From the NCBI GenBank assembly GCA_026770705.1, contig JANJGN010000189.1, positions 248,001 to 312,000 on the forward strand: a stretch of 64,000 nt of DNA, written 5' to 3'. The notes beneath the pieces are model-generated. The model had not been told where the DNA came from. It saw only the letters and a program-made list of their open reading frames with translations, and made no database searches. This stretch comes from Isurus oxyrinchus (lineage: Eukaryota). A program made the translations under genes and the position numbers. Shown in pieces: positions 51,901 through 63,059 of this stretch (positions within the stretch are counted from its first letter, which is position 1; the number at the start of each line of letters is the position of its first letter).

Positions 51901-54900
51901 TTCCTACATTCTTACCTTCTTAAAATATTAAAGCTGCAGAATAAACATGCAAGTGACTGACCCGCTCGACCCACCTTCCATCTGGGGCTGGAGGAGGTTA
52001 CACAGATAGGGAGGTTTGTGGGGGCTGGAGGAGGTAACAGAGATAGGGAGGGCTGTAGATACTGGAGGACATTACGCAGATAGGGAGGGTGGTAGGACCT
52101 GGAGGAGGTTGCAGAGATAGGGAGGGCTATAGGGATTTGAGGAGTTTATGGAGATGGGGAACGTGTAGGGACTGGAGGAGGCTGCAAGGGCAGAGAGGGT
52201 TTTAGGGGCAGGAGGAGTTTACAGGGATAGGAAGAGTTGTAGGGGCTGGACGGATTGCAGAGGTAGGGAGGGTTGGAAAGGCTGGTGGAGGTTTCAGAGG
52301 TAGGGAAGGCTGCAGGGACTGGAGGAGTTTACAGAGATGGAGGAGTTTTTGGGGCAGGATGGGGTTACAGAGATAGGGAGGGTTGTAGGGGCAGGACGAG
52401 GTTACATAGATATGGAGTGTGGCTGGGGCTGAGGGAGGCTACAGAGATAGGGAGGGTTATAATGGCTGGAGGAGTTACAGAGATGAAGGAAACTCTTAGG
52501 GACTGGAGGAGGTTACAGAGATAGGGAGGGTTGTAGTGGGCTGGAGGAGGTTACAGAAATATGAAGGGTTGTAAGAGATGGACCAGCTTACAGAGATAGG
52601 GAGAGGTATTCGGTCTGGAGGAGTTTGCAGAGATAGTGGAGGTTGTTAGGACTGGAGGAGGCTACAAATATCGCGAGGGTTATCGGGGCTTGAGGAGGTT
52701 AAAGAGATAGGGAGGGGTGTTGGGTCCGGAGGAGTTTGCAGTGATAGGAATGGTTTTCGGGATTGGAAGAGAGTACTGAGATAGGAGGGTTGTAGGGACT
52801 GGAGGAGTCTCCTGAGATAGGGAGGGTTGTAGGGACTGGAGGAGGCTCCTGAGATAGGGAGGGTTGTAGGGACTGGAGGAGGCTCCTGAGATAGAGAGGG
52901 TTGTAGGGACTGGAGGAGGCTCCTGCGATAGGGAATGTTGCCGTGGATGAAGATAAAGGAGGAGATTACTGTAATAGGGAGGAAAAATATTCAAAAATTT
53001 GGACATTGAGACTTTGCTTGACCAGGAGCCAGTCTCGGTCATCGAGCAGAGCGGGTGATAAGGGAACGGGACTTGGTGTGAGTAAGGACGTGGTCAGCAG
53101 TTTTGGATGGCCTCAAGTTTATGGAGTGTAGAGCATGTGTTGGAACAGTCGAGTCTGGAGGTAATGAAGGCGTGGATGAGGGTTTCAGCAGCAGATGAGC
53201 TGAGACAGGGTGAAGTCGTACGACGTTATGGAGGTGGAAATAGACAGTGTTAGTGAGGGCGCAGATATGAGGCCGGAAGCTCATCTCAGGATCAAATGGG
53301 ACAACAAAGCTGTGAACAGATTGGCTTCAATCTCAGAGAGCTGCCAGGGAGAGGAATGGAGTTGGTAGCGAGGGAACAGAGTTTGGATCGAGGAATGAAG
53401 ACAATGGCTTCAGTCTTTCCAATATTTAATTGGAGGGAATTTCTGCCCATCCAGTACTGGATGTCGGATAAGCAGCCTGATAATTTAGCAGCAGTGGAGG
53501 AGTCGAGAGAGGTGGTGGTGAGGTAGAGCTGGGGATCCTCAGTGGACAGGTGAAAACTAATACTGTTCAGATGATGCTGCAAAGCCATTGCAAGTGATTC
53601 TCTGGCTACGATGAGATGGATAAGAATGGAGCCAGGGGAGAGCAGTCCCACCCAGCTGGACGACAGTGGAGAGGGGTTGGAGGAGGATGGTGTGGTCGAG
53701 CGTGTCAAAGGCTGCAGACAGATCGAGAAGGACGAGGAGGGAAAGTTGACCTTTGTCACAGTCACACAGGATGCCATTTGTGACCTTGATAAGAGCTGTT
53801 TCAGCACAGTGGCTGGGGTGGGAACCTGATTGGAGGGATTCAAACATGGAGTTCCGGGAAAGATGGAACCGGATTCGGGAGATGGAAACACGTTCAAGGA
53901 CTTTGGAGGGGAAAGAGAGGCTGGAGATGGGACGGGGGTTTACACGGACAGTGTGAGGGGTGGAAGGTGTAGTGGGGAGGAGACACTTCACTCAGGGGGG
54001 AGGTGTCATCACCCCTCAGCTCGGTTTACGTTACAGCTATGATGTGGATTCAATCACACACAATAAGCTCATGGATCTGGGAGCAGAAATAGACAAATCA
54101 TTAAAAATAGTGACGCTGGTTAACACGGCCAAAAAACAAGCAAATCAAACACTATTATTTCCCATTGAGTGTTGGATGTGAATTGGTGAGTAATTATAAC
54201 ACAGCACTTACCAGAAACGTGAAGCTGGGTTTCAGGGGAAACGTTATGTCTCGGACCATTGCCAAATTTTATCGTGAAAAAATAAGATCCTGCATCTTCC
54301 CGTCTGATGTTGTTTATAATCAGGGAACAGTCGCCATCTTTCAGGTCTCCAGACAGCCGGGTCCGATGGTGGAACTGTGATAACTCGCGACTGTGACCCT
54401 TGGAGTGAAAGGCTATAGACCATTTAGACCATTTGTTCTGTATGTATCTTCTCATTTTCCAGATTCCGACCTGTGGTTTCTTTACCAAATCTGATGGATA
54501 ACAGTAATGACATGGAATCTGTACACACGAACCTTCCTGCGCTGTCACCTCTCGTGGAGTGTCACCTTTCCACTCTTGTGACAATCCAACTGGGGAGAGA
54601 AATATCAATATTTAACTCTGGATGTTTTGTTGATCCACTAGACTCAATATCCACCCCCTCCATCACTGGGGCACAGTGGCTGCAGTGTGGAGCATCTACA
54701 GGACACACAATGAACTCCACAAGGTATCACACCAGATGGAAGAGAATCCTGGACACAAAAGCGGAAAAGTTCATTCTACATTGGTTCATGGTCCTCAGGA
54801 CCCTGTTTGTGCACAAGCCTGCTCTCCAACAGAACTGAAGTTGGGGACAATGCATTTGGAATTCCACTGTCCGGGGCATTGGGTTAACTTGCTGATTTTG

Positions 54901-57900
54901 TTTTAAATCTAACATCTATTTTTGGTCTGTTGCCTTAAAGGGACTGTAACTGGGAGTCAGGTTAATTAGGAATTTTAGGAGTTATGATAGCAGTCTTGTA
55001 GTTATGTATGTGCTTGAAATCCTTTATTTTGATGACAAATATGTTAATTTATTGTTTTAAATCTCTGACGGTATTGGTGGAGTTATTGCTTCTGAATTAA
55101 GTGCACACATCTCATAATAAATACAAATTGCAAAATCATTATGATAGTGTGACCAGGTTTCTCTCAGGGACTTGGTCTGCCTGGCACACATCACCTGCCA
55201 AGTGATAACACTTTTGTAATATGCCTTTCAGGGACAGCAGCATGACATCACTCGAGAGGAAGTGTGTCATGTGATTTTTAGGAACTGGTGTTCGCTTAAG
55301 TAAGTTCTATGTGTATTTGTGTGCGTTAGGCAAAAGGTCTATCTTTAAGTTCAAGTTTAGTTTGTATTTCTGTATTTGGGTGTTGAGAAAAGGGGGAACC
55401 TGAGTTAAAAAGAAGCCAGCATTCCATTGAGGTTTTATGACTGTTGAAGGGAAGTCAAAACAAATACAAGGTGTAAGAAACTATGCTGTTGCCTAGTAAC
55501 AGTGATCCAGAGGGAAGGACCCACAGAGACAGAAAAAAACAGAAAAGTACTTTCAGTTCTGTTGAAAGGAGTTGCCAGGAGAAGCAGCAAAGGAGCGGGA
55601 CAGATAGTCAGTCCCAAAGTAAAGAAGAAGCCAAATCTATCGAGTTTGACAGGAGAAAGGGCCCAAGAAGACCTTCTAGTCAAATCTGGAAAAGGCCCTG
55701 TAAAGTGAAGTTAAGAGTGAGGAGCAGAAGAAGGCTTCAAGCATAAAGGGAGAAAGCAGCAGGACACAGGCCTAAAGCAAAATAGGCTTGCGAGAAGCCA
55801 GAAGATCCTAGGAGACACCACAGGTTGGTGACTCATTACTACGGCCATGTGAAGCCATGGTGTTCCATTGACACGGCTGAGCATTGGAGAGACAGGGCGT
55901 GGAAGGAAGGCTGAATGCACGTGGCGATCCAGGGGACAGGAACATGGGAAGGAGAGTTTGAAATAGTGAAAGTGGTCCCTTGTGGAAGGTGTCTGAGTGA
56001 AAGTGTCATGTTGGAGAAGATTCCAAAGTGAGTTCTTGGAGAGTGGAGATTGGAAACCCTCATAAGAAAGAAGCTTTTCAGTGAGACTGGTTGGCTCACA
56101 GTGCAACAAGCGTCTGGGGACAGATGAGACATAGAATTTGTTTCAAGTGGGCTCTGCCACTTGCTTTCAGAATGTGGTGTCCCTGACCACAGGTCGTCTA
56201 TTGGTTTACATCGACTGTGTACTTAGTGTGAACAAGAGAGTATAAGATAGTTATCGTAACTTGTGTTCTACTTATGAATCTGTAAAGGTATAGATCTGGG
56301 TGAATGAGTAATGTCATATAGTTTGTCTTTCCTAGTTTAATAAATGTTTTATTCTTTTGTTAGAAGTTCATCAGATGACTCCTGTGACTCTGTTCAGTAG
56401 CCGCACTCCACATTCCTAAATAAAAAATAAAAGTTAGGACCTATCAAGCTGAGTTCCACCCTGGGATCTGACTTGCCCAGTAGTAACGACAGCTGGGATG
56501 GTAACACCATCCAGTCCAAGTCTCACTTTGGCCTGTGAGCAGAACACAGCTCACACAGTTTGGCTGCAGGTGTCTCCCAGCTTTCTATCCTTGTATATCT
56601 GTTCTCATGTCCCTATTCCAAATAAATGAACCCACAATGTGTTTACCCAATTCCGTATCAGTGGCTGGTGCCTTTATATCATTATAAAAACACAACATGG
56701 TGATCGGTGGTGGCCAAACATTCAGGCAGCAAGATTCAGTACAGATATGACGTGGTGAACAGCCTTAGATCGAGCTACGTGACATGAGACGATCCTCGAT
56801 GCTTTGGTCAGACCACAACAGAGACACAGCATCAGAGAGGGTTGAAATCGCAGTGTACTGACTGCTCAGGAAACCTTTGAAGACACAGTGACGGGAAAGA
56901 GCTCAAGTAAAGAGCTGGGGAGCAGACGGATCCCTCGTGGTGGGATTACAGCACACGGCCTGTAGGTCAGTGAGTGGGACAGTGTGTATCGCCAGGACCA
57001 GCAGCAGGTTAGCTCAGTCAGGGAAGGCGAGTGACCAGGGTGTGGGCTGGATCGATAGTGAGCGAGGGAGAGTCAAACACACAAAAACCATTATAAAAAT
57101 CAGCCCAGAGAAGTTAGTGATTATAACGGGCAGCTTCGAGATTGCTGAACAGCAAATTGAATAAAAAACAAAGACTCCATTACTCCGTGGTGTGTTCCTG
57201 CCACAACCCGTCTTCGTGGGCGGAGCTTCGGAAAAGCGCACGAAAGGGGCTAAAGCGACACTCATCCCAGATCCTGTAGGAGAAGGAAGGTCAAAGGAAT
57301 ATTGTCAGAATGTCCACTAAATTCCCCAGTTTGAACTGGGATGTAGCTGACCGACTATCTGAATTCAGAATGTTTAAACAGCGTACAGAGCTCTGGTTTC
57401 CTGATTCAGGTGTGACTGAACCAGACGAACAAGCCATAAAAATTCACCTCGCGATTGGGAATGAAGGTCTACACAGGCTGAACACGTCAGGATTAACAGC
57501 AGAAGAGCAAAAGGATCCCCAATAGATATGGACGATATTGGAAGACAGGTTCAGAATCAGGTTAAACTCCATATTCATCAACTAGAGTTTATGTCATTTC
57601 ATCAGCCTACACAATCCATAGACCACTTCATCAGCCGATGTAGAGAAAAGGGTACGCACTGTGATTTCAAACACAGAGTCTGCAGACAGAGTTTTTGAGT
57701 TGGTGATCACATCCACTCCCATGGAAGCCTTCCAGAAAGATCTGCTAGATAAGACCAAAACCTATAGCATTGAAGAGTTACTCAAGGATGGACATAAATA
57801 TGAAGTGATCCTCGCAGGTCAACAAGCTTACAGGTCCTCAATACAACATCAATTGTTGACACACTCACTAGAACATCCAAACCTAGTGAGACTTGTGGAA

Positions 57901-59913
57901 GGTGTGGCCTTCTGCAGGCACCAAGGAAATGCCCAGCTTTCCACCAAGCCATCAAGGCTTGTGGCAGAAAGGGCCATTGACAGCGGCAGGGCACTAGAGC
58001 AAAGGCTGATGCAGCTACAAAGAGCCGTGCGCTGATCCAAACAATCCCTGCACAACGGGGAAACTTCAAGCAATAAGGATGACCATCCGCTATCCCATCA
58101 GGAACATATACATGTGGTGACTGACAAACCAGGAATTGGCGATGATGTACACGACGAGACTAGGAGCGGTGATCGATATTCCACCTCTCACACATATCCT
58201 GACGTGGCTTGCCAATAAATTGTGGATTGTGGTCTTTATTGATCTCTCTGGGCACATCAAATAAACTGAAAATGTTCCCATAGGGGTGGGATTTTCTGGC
58301 CCCACCCACTTCCAAGATTGTCTGGTCCGGCTGAAAGCCAATGGATTTATGTCTGTCCCAGTCTCAGAAACTATCCCATAAACACAGTTCATGACATAAC
58401 ATTGAAATATGCAGAAAGATTCAACAATATTGGCAGTTTCATGGGAGCTGCAACATTACACCTGCAGGAGAATGCAAGTCTGTCAGACTCCTTGCATTAA
58501 AATTAATACAATCCAACTTTGCCACGCTATCTTGAGCCTTAAATGGCCAATAATTTCTATGCCTTCCAGGTTCATTTGCTCTCTTCTAATTTTGGCTGTG
58601 CATCTCTCTCTGTTGAACTTCCTCTCGGGATCCCATCCCCTGCTATATTACTTTAAAGCCTTCTCAATTGCATCAAGGGTGTAATGTCAATTGAAACCAG
58701 GGACAACATCAAAGAATGACAATCCCACAGATCAATGTGAGCAATTAAAGAAACCTCCAGACAATTTTGCCACCACAAGATCTCGACATAACAGCAGATT
58801 ACCTCTACGCTTTAGAGACTCAAATATTCAACAGATCTATACACTTATGTAATTGTCAAGAAATATGAAAATGATACCAGGAACCTCTTGTTCCCTGTCC
58901 TTCTCAAAGATCCATCCCTGCAGCAGGAGCCTGAAGAGTTACTGAAGAGTGGGTCTTAATTTATCAGATTGTAGAATGATCCGGAATAGAAGGATGCCAT
59001 TTGGCCCATCGAGCCTGTGCTGGGCCTTTGAAAGATCTGTCCAATTAGTCCCACTCTAACCTCTGCTCTCTCCTCCACAGCCCTGCAAAATGTCCCCTTC
59101 AAGTATTTATCTAGTTCCCCTTCTGAAAGTTCCTGTTGAATCTGCTGCCACCAGCCTTTCAAGCAGTGAGTCAATGGTCTCTCTCTGAGCTGCAAAGTGC
59201 TAATGTTCTGAGAACTTTAAACACTGCAGCAGATCAGAGACAATCATGATAACTCAGAATATTTGACAGTTTTACACACAGACAGCTTTACCTTTCTTCT
59301 CTCTTTCAGTTATCTTGCTCCCTTATTGAAGTATCTAGCATGGTGAGAATGGACAGTAAGTGTGACACTGAACAGCCTGTCTATTCTAGGAGCTGCTGTG
59401 TTGTCTTCATGGGAAATTCTGACTAAAATCAGCAATAGACACAAAATTTCAGGGCATTGTTATCCGAGTCCCAGCATCAGGATAGACTTCATCCCCCAGT
59501 TGGTATCCCTGATTCTCTATTCAGCCGATCGCTCCCCTGTCACTGGATGAACTACACTGCCTCCCAGTCCAGCAATGACTCAAATTTCAAATTCTCATCA
59601 TCGATTTCTTACCCCACCATCCCCCCTCTACACTCCCAATCCCTGTAACCTCCTCCAACCCTAAAACCCTCTGAGATCTCTGCTCTCCTCCAATTCTGCT
59701 GTCAGACAGGGAGTCAGTGTATATCAGTGAGCACAGGGGTGATGGGTGAATGGGACTTGGTGTCAGTTTGTACACTGGATCACTGCTGAATCGGTTCCCA
59801 ATCACACTCAATAAGAATGATCTTTTACAAAGACTATTAGCCATAAACCTGTCCGAGCTGATGATGTTATTACCTTGGAGAAGTGACAGGAGGAAGTAGG
59901 ATTTCCCGATCAT
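33701..59913 (-). CDS. Gene B: putative inhibitory Siglec-like receptor (MAG-type scaffold), leader-V-V-C-C-C-C-C-TM-cytoplasmic tail, 881 aa with either tail cassette
   Basis: Eleven coding exons per isoform with consistent GT-AG sites and phases (1,1,1,1,1,1,1,1,2,0), 2646 nt open; Tyr motifs in the last exon. Confidence 0.82.
35611..35692 (-). CDS. Gene B juxtamembrane cytoplasmic exon, distal copy (K)RKTAMEERVSGTSDIALNPSPLSVKHQ
   Basis: Acceptor ttattgcAG, donor CAG|GTACAG; 82 nt, phase 2/0. Confidence 0.75.
35820..36290 (+). mobile_element. LINE 3' fragment, duplicated at ~38450-38920
   Basis: LDTIQDKAARLI...SFTVAG..SWNSL. Confidence 0.75.
36838..37086 (-). CDS. Gene B terminal exon, proximal copy: ...EEFLYANPQV...ETEYAQIRFENN* (proximal ITIM degenerate, ITSM-like kept)
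   Basis: Same acceptor, phase and length as 33701-33949; open frame; minus-strand AATAAA at 36308-36313. Confidence 0.82.
   Translation of the reverse strand, partial: GKQNVLITEPWNTTRDTTSEGETPAPRVPSEGAVGGDAGLGNPGKPEEFLYANPQVLRVSSGDGSVHREEETEYAQIRFENN
38238..38319 (-). CDS. Gene B juxtamembrane cytoplasmic exon, proximal copy (K)RKTAMEERVSGTSDIALTPSPLSVKHQ
   Basis: 82 nt, phase 2/0; matches the phase-2 donor of the TM exon. Confidence 0.82.
39043..39139 (-). CDS. Gene B TM exon (G)RDSSKWTVGLFTTGIMLSVFLAGIFIFICVR(K)
   Basis: Acceptor gtttttacAG, donor AA|GTAAGT; uncharged hydrophobic helix; not in the ORF track. Confidence 0.88.
39570..39716. repeat. AT-rich 37-bp tandem repeat, ~4 copies
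   Basis: gtaatctatgtaacatttatatataatatttatcaat starting at 39570, 39607, 39644, 39681. Confidence 0.92.
40061..40354 (-). CDS. Gene B membrane-proximal Ig exon (MAG domain-5 type)
   Basis: YKPEISQQSECTRRSEGVTCICVANSNPPGDLTW...ASCSVQNPHG; C-x8-CxC pattern; 294 nt, phase 1/1. Confidence 0.88.
41311..41586 (-). CDS. Gene B C2-set Ig exon
   Basis: YPPQET...EGSNITLTCSSESVPPISHYTWF...DAGFYCTARNPVG; 276 nt, phase 1/1. Confidence 0.92.
41915..43127 (+). mobile_element. Penelope-like element fragment (GIY-YIG endonuclease)
   Basis: NIIYCIHCSQCGLLYIGDTKHRLGDR...VACHFN...KLEEQHLIFR; related terminal pieces at ~3150-3300 and ~10225-10322. Confidence 0.88.
43128..43440 (+). mobile_element. RTE-type LINE 3' fragment
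   Basis: RISWMDRKTNEW...RERK..KYG....TTIEG and an (AAAC)n tail. Confidence 0.6.
43459..43740 (-). CDS. Gene B C2-set Ig exon, copy 2
   Basis: APRNSSITSLD...IEGNSAVIICSVESFPASNLTW...DTGDYQCVAENEHG; 282 nt, phase 1/1. Confidence 0.92.
44721..45002 (-). CDS. Gene B C2-set Ig exon, copy 1
   Basis: DAPQNLSFTSLD...DTGDYLCVAENEHG; 282 nt, phase 1/1; near-identical to copy 2. Confidence 0.9.
45940..46985 (-). mobile_element. Degraded Gypsy integrase fragment
   Basis: LTMMDMTTRFPEAIPLGTITAKVV...FFIHYGLPLEIQSDQGS (rve core). Confidence 0.8.
47110..49165 (+). mobile_element. CR1 LINE ORF2 3' portion, degraded
   Basis: KSFYKYVK, YFGSVFTKED, LQLYKVLVRLH, ERVQRRFSRLIPG and CR1 3' tail; many stops. Confidence 0.9.
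49537..49833 (-). CDS. Gene B Ig C-type exon (Siglec domain-2 type)
   Basis: 297 nt, phase 1/1; about 7 nt and 3 aa differences from 13334-13630 by manual count. Confidence 0.92.
50647..51015 (-). CDS. Gene B V-set exon V2
   Basis: DKPSQEW...DAGTYIFRIE; 369 nt, phase 1/1; essential Arg present. Confidence 0.93.
54212..54589 (-). CDS. Gene B V-set exon V1 (essential Arg replaced by Thr)
   Basis: VGLSQEW...DAGSYFFTIKF; 378 nt, phase 1/1, open frame. Confidence 0.92.
59874..59913 (-). CDS. Gene B leader exon MIGKSYFLLSLLQ
   Basis: Paralog of 23704-23743; donor CAAG|GTAAT. Confidence 0.85.
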
Positions 59914-60363
59914 TGTCCACTCCCAGATATTTCATAAGCTTCTGACTCTCAAACTCTGAAAGAGAAAGGAGTTAATGAGACCTCACCTCTTGTCCGACAG
60001 CTCTCAAGAGATCAGAACTGCTTTTGGACAATGTCTTGACAGACTAATTTGATTCTCTGTGGGATGATAGGTGCTCTGCAGAGAGTTACAAGGCTTTAAG
60101 AAAGAAAAACATTGAAGGATTTGCATTTCTATAGCACCTTTCACCACCTCAAGACGTCCCAAAGCTCATGTCTCTGCACTTCCCTCATCCCTTGAGCTAG
60201 AAAGATGTTCTGTACAACAGACTTGAGTCTCACACCCAGATCTCAATAATCAGTAGAAATCTTTCAAAGGCATCAATCATTGGAATCTGTCTTCATAAAG
60301 TCACAACATCAACAAAGGACGGTGTTGGTGGTGGAAGTGAATTCCAATCATTCCGTTACTTAC

Positions 60364-60510
60364 CCAGGACCTGTCCGACTGCTCGTCTGGGGAGGAACTG
60401 CCCACATGCTCTGCTTGGGCTGAATGACCTCTTCCTGTGCTGCCCCCTCTGTATGTTTAATTAGAAAGGGTTGATGTGTCACTGTGAGACAAAATGAGGA
60501 AGTGGGTAAC
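60364..60510 (-). promoter_or_regulatory. Candidate non-coding first exon and promoter of gene B with PU.1/ETS site
   Basis: Consensus donor TGG|GTAAGT at 60362-60363; AAAATGAGGAAGTG at 60491-60504; a further GGAA core near 60432; no TATA box seen. Confidence 0.5.
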
Positions 60511-60729
60511 CAGTGAGAAGATCGAGGATGTTTTGTGCTCTCAGCAAAACGTTTACCATGTGATGATCTGTCAGCTCAAATTTGGGCAGCTGTAGTCATG
60601 AAGCTTCTCCATTGGCTCCGTGGGTTTAGACTCCTCCCCCTCACCTCGGAGGCTGAAACTCAGGCGATAAGAGTTCCTAATACAGGTCTCTGGCCTTATG
60701 ATACATTTCAACGATCCCTGTTATCATTA

Positions 60730-62120
60730 CGGAGGGAGTGCTGCACTGTCAGCGGGAGTTTACTGTGGGATTGCTGCTCTATCAGAGGGTCAGTACTGAG
60801 GGAGTGCTGCACTGTAAGAGGGTCAGTACTGAGGGAGTGCTGCACTGTCGGAGGGTCAGTACTGAGGGAGTGCTGCACTGTCATAGGGTCAGTAATGAGG
60901 GAGTGCTGCACTGTCAGAGGGTCTGTACTGAGTGAGTTCCGCACAGGTGGAGGGTCAGTATTGAGGGGGTGCCGGACTGTGGGAGGGTTTGTACTGACGT
61001 AGAGCGGAGTGCGAGGAGATATCCTTTCATGACAAAGTTTAACTGGAATTTATTTAAACAGAATTTAAACAGTACTGTGTGTTATTGCAAAAGAAAGGAT
61101 TTGAGGAACTAACTCTTGTTCCCGTAAGCCTAAAAATAATTTTCACTGATTTCTATGATTTAGCATTGAAACCTCCCTCTTTGGGCACCAGTCTTGATTG
61201 AAACAACTCGCACAGCACTGTGGGAGGGTGAGTACTGAGGGAATGCTGCACTGTGGGAGGGTGAGAACTGAGGGAGTGCTGCACTGTGGGAGTGTGAGTA
61301 CTGAGGGAGTGTTGCACTGTGAGAGGGTCAGTACTGAGGGAGTGCTGCACTGTGGGAGTGTGAGTACTGAGGGAGTGCTGCACTGTGGGAGTGTGAGTAC
61401 TGAGGGAGTGCTGCACTGTGGGAGAGTGAGTACTGAGGGAGTGCTGCACTGTCAGAGGGTCAGTAATGTGGGAGTGCTGCACTGTCACAGGATCAGTAAT
61501 GAGGGAGTGCTGCACTGTCACAGGATCAGTAATGTGGGAGTGCTGAACTGTCGGCGGGTCTGTACTGAGTGAGTTCCGCACAGTCGGAGGGTCATTATTG
61601 AGGGGGTGCTGGACAGTGGGAGGGTTAGTACTGAGGTAGAGTGGAGCGTGAGGAGATATCCTTTCATGGCAAAGTTTAACTGGAATTTATTTAAACAGAG
61701 AGTCTTGTACTGTGTGTTATTGCAAAAGAAAGGATTTGAGGAACTAAGTCTTGTTCCCGTTAGCCTAAAAATAATTTTCAACGATTTCAATGATTTAGCA
61801 ATGAAACCTCCCTCTTTGGGCATCAGTCTTGATTGAAACAACTCACACAGCACTTCAGGAGAGTGAGTACTGAGGGAGGGCTGCACTGTGGGAGAGTGAG
61901 TACTGAGGGAGTGCTGCACTGTGGGAGCGTCAGTACTGAGGGAGGGCTGCACAGTGGGAGGGTGAGCACTGAGGGAGTGCTGCACTGTGGGATCGTCAGT
62001 ACTGAGGGAGTGCTGAACTGTTGGAAGGTCAGTAGTGAGGGAGGGATACAGTGTCAGAAGATCAGTCCTGTGGGAGTGCTGCACTGTCAGAAGGTGTGTA
62101 CCGAGGTAGTGCTGCACACA
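60730..62120. repeat. 33-bp SINE-derived arrays inside a ~630-bp higher-order duplication
   Basis: Spacer 61015-61215 is repeated at ~61650-61850, each copy followed by 33-mers. Confidence 0.85.
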
Positions 62121-62339
62121 GCCAGACAATGCCGTGGTTATGATGTGTCCACACAGCAGGACTGGGGAGCACCAGGTATAAGGAAAAGTTTCAGCTTGCT
62201 GAGGAGAAGAAGGAGAATCTCTCGTTCCAGGTTTCTCTCCGTACATTAAGAAGCAGGCATGCCGATGTTTCATTGCACTCTGTCTGCTGATGGGAGTCCG
62301 CTTGGAAATTGCTGTTTGTGCTGATGGAAAGAATAAACT

Positions 62340-62950
62340 TTTCATAAATCGAGGGATTGAGTACAAACACAGGGAGGTTATGCTGAACATTTATAAAGCT
62401 CTGGTTAGGTCACAACTAGAGTATTGTGTCCAGTTCTGGTCTCCTCACTTTGGGAAGGAAGTGAGGGTCCTTGAGAGGGTGGGGAGGAGATTGAGCAGAA
62501 TGGGTCCAGGGATGAGGGATTTTAGCTACAAGGTTGGGTTGGAGAAGCTGGGGTTGTTCTCCTTGGAGCAAAGGAGATTGAGGGGGGACCTGATCGAGGT
62601 GTACAAGATGATGATGGGTTTAGATACGGTAGACAAAGAGAAGCTGTTGCCATTAGCTGATGGGACAAGGACTGGGGGACACAGATTGAAGGTTTTGGGC
62701 AGAGGGGGATGTGAGGAGGAACTTTTTTAAACAGCGAGTGGTAATGAGCTGGAACTCACTGCCTACGAGGATGGTGGAAGCGGAGACGATGAACAATTTC
62801 AAAAGGAAATTGGATGGACACTTGAGGGGAAATAAACTCACAGGGATACGGGGATAGAGAGGGGGAATGGGACTGAGTGGATTGCTCTACAGAGAGACAG
62901 CATGGACTCAATGGGCTGAATGGGCTCCCACTGTGCTGGAATGCCTCTCT
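62340..62950 (+). mobile_element. CR1 LINE 3' fragment
   Basis: YKALVRSQLEYCVQFWSPH...LFSLEQRRLRGDLIEVYK. Confidence 0.9.
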
Positions 62951-63059
62951 GATACGAAGGTGATTTTAACCAGGACACTGACCAGTTTCATTGCAACTTA
63001 ACCCAACATCACACATTATTTGTCCGCACTGACTGACCAGATTGTTGCTGTACAAAGCT

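Noticed and set aside
14276-54608. Multiple V exons as RAG-rearranging segments (Ig/TCR/NAR-like)
   Set aside because: The V exons end in normal splice donors and have Siglec cysteine topology. The CACAGTG and ACAAAAACC (57081-57089) matches I checked are not paired at 12/23 spacing.
33701-59913. Calling gene B CD22 (7 Ig domains) or MAG
   Set aside because: The seven domains arise from local V and C2 duplications, the tail has only two Tyr motifs, and the FRGD motif is absent; no symbol assigned
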